64,000 nt of DNA, taken from positions 2,464,001 to 2,528,000 of the forward strand of contig OY761614.1 in the NCBI GenBank assembly GCA_963664825.1, given 5' to 3'. This document shows positions 63,333 through 64,000 of the stretch, piece by piece. A program made the position numbers and the translations under genes. The stretch's first letter is position 1; each line of letters begins with the position of its first letter. The stretch comes from an uncultured Holophaga sp. GTDB taxonomy: Bacteria > Acidobacteriota > Holophagae > Holophagales > Holophagaceae. A model generated the notes under the pieces. That model saw only the letters and a program-made list of their open reading frames with translations. It had not been told where the DNA came from and made no database searches.

Positions 63333-63685
63333 GCCGTCACCTTCCCAAGCAGCGCCGATCCCTCATAGATCAGCGACAGGGTGCGAAGCATGGTTTCAGC
63401 GACTGGCAGAACATCGGAGTCGCATATATCGACGCCCACCATGTGCGCCATCTCTTCCATGCGCTCCTTGTGGGCTTCGAATCGAGCGTAATGAAGATCC
63501 TGCTGAAGTTCCTCCTCAGTTGCTGTGTGGAGAAAGTCATCCACTGATAGGGTGCGGATTAGATCGAAGGCCAGCTCTCTCGGAATCTCCACCATCGAGA
63601 CATGGAGATCACGGTCACTGGATCTCCAGAGGATGTCGGGAGCGGGGCAGGCCTTCGGCGTGGTGGTGCTATTCGTGGTCGTCAT
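63329..63685 (-). CDS. Hypothetical phage protein (118 aa)
   Basis: AGAGGA RBS before ATG 63685; acidic, helical. Confidence 0.6.
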   Translation of the reverse strand: MTTTNSTTTPKACPAPDILWRSSDRDLHVSMVEIPRELAFDLIRTLSVDDFLHTATEEELQQDLHYARFEAHKERMEEMAHMVGVDICDSDVLPVAETMLRTLSLIYEGSALLGKVTA

Positions 63686-63699
63686 TGTCGTGATCCTCT

Positions 63700-63942
63700 T
63701 CAGCAGGCTTCGGGAAGGTTGTGGCCGGGTTTGCGGAGCAACCAAGCCGAGACTTCGGGAATGTTGAAGAGGAGACGGCCACCCAGGCGCCGATGGGGAA
63801 GACCATCCTGCATGACGATCATGCGGTTGATGTTCGCCGTGCTGCCGAGGGCGGGAAGGGCCACTTGCAGGGCCTTGACGGTTGCCACCCACTCAGGGGG
63901 CACTACAGCCTTTTCAGGCTGGGGATTGAAGGGAAGGGACAT
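63700..63942 (-). CDS. Excisionase-like (MerR-type winged HTH) DNA-binding protein
   Basis: GLPHRRLGGRLLFN..EV..WL motif; GGAG RBS before ATG 63942. Confidence 0.7.
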   Translation of the reverse strand: MSLPFNPQPEKAVVPPEWVATVKALQVALPALGSTANINRMIVMQDGLPHRRLGGRLLFNIPEVSAWLLRKPGHNLPEAC

Positions 63943-64000
63943 TGATTTCTCCAACAAGTTTGGGCCTGTTGCGCCGGTTCCCCTTGGCCCATACTTGTTG

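Larger units (their letters stand above)
55355..64000 (-). mobile_element. Integrated prophage or phage-satellite-like element (continues beyond window)
   Basis: Begins right after tRNA-Ser; visible drop in GC; AlpA, terminases, DnaC-like, replication, ParB-like and Xis-like genes all on the minus strand. Integrase and second att site are not in the window. Confidence 0.88.

Noticed and set aside
63922..63942. Xis-like protein and PemK toxin start almost identically (MSLPFNP versus MSLPFDP)
   Set aside because: Codons differ and similarity ends within a few residues; treated as coincidence.
1..64000. Many long alternative-frame and antisense ORFs (e.g. 5376-7370, 8790-10874, 24807-26648, 35648-37519, 37267-39783)
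   Set aside because: They overlap genes with clear family motifs and have no motifs of their own; such shadow ORFs are expected at high GC.
1..64000. CRISPR array, rRNA or IS transposase
   Set aside because: No regularly spaced repeat-spacer units, rRNA-like sequence or transposase motifs were seen.

Overview
GC-rich bacterial chromosome segment. The gene repertoire (MglAB, PilMNOPQ, tandem RdgC-like genes, Dnmt2-like methyltransferase, Dcu transporter) suggests an anaerobic Acidobacteriota of the Holophaga/Geothrix type; this is inference, not a database result. Positions 1-55354 are mostly housekeeping: two ArgR paralogues, coaD, ddl, ampG, nadE, gatA, pilMNOPQ, aroD-aroE, mazG, flgFGA, moaE, rnhA, comEC, ettA, pfkA, mglAB, deoC and three tRNAs (Leu-CAA, Asn-GTT, Ser-GGA). 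From the 3' end of tRNA-Ser to the window end lies an integrated phage-related element, all on the minus strand: Xis-like HTH, ParB-like protein, replication initiator, DnaC-like loader, TerS, TerL, Mor-like activator, PemK/MazF-fold toxin and AlpA. No portal, capsid or tail gene follows the terminase. The most striking observation is the toxin locus. It has no recognisable protein antitoxin, but its last codons contain a sigma70-type promoter (TTGACT-17 bp-TACAGT). This promoter would drive a ~114-nt RNA predicted by hand to form a pseudoknot and ending in its own terminator, making it a candidate new RNA-antitoxin (type III-like) or anti-phage system. All annotations are by-eye motif recognition; no searches were run.
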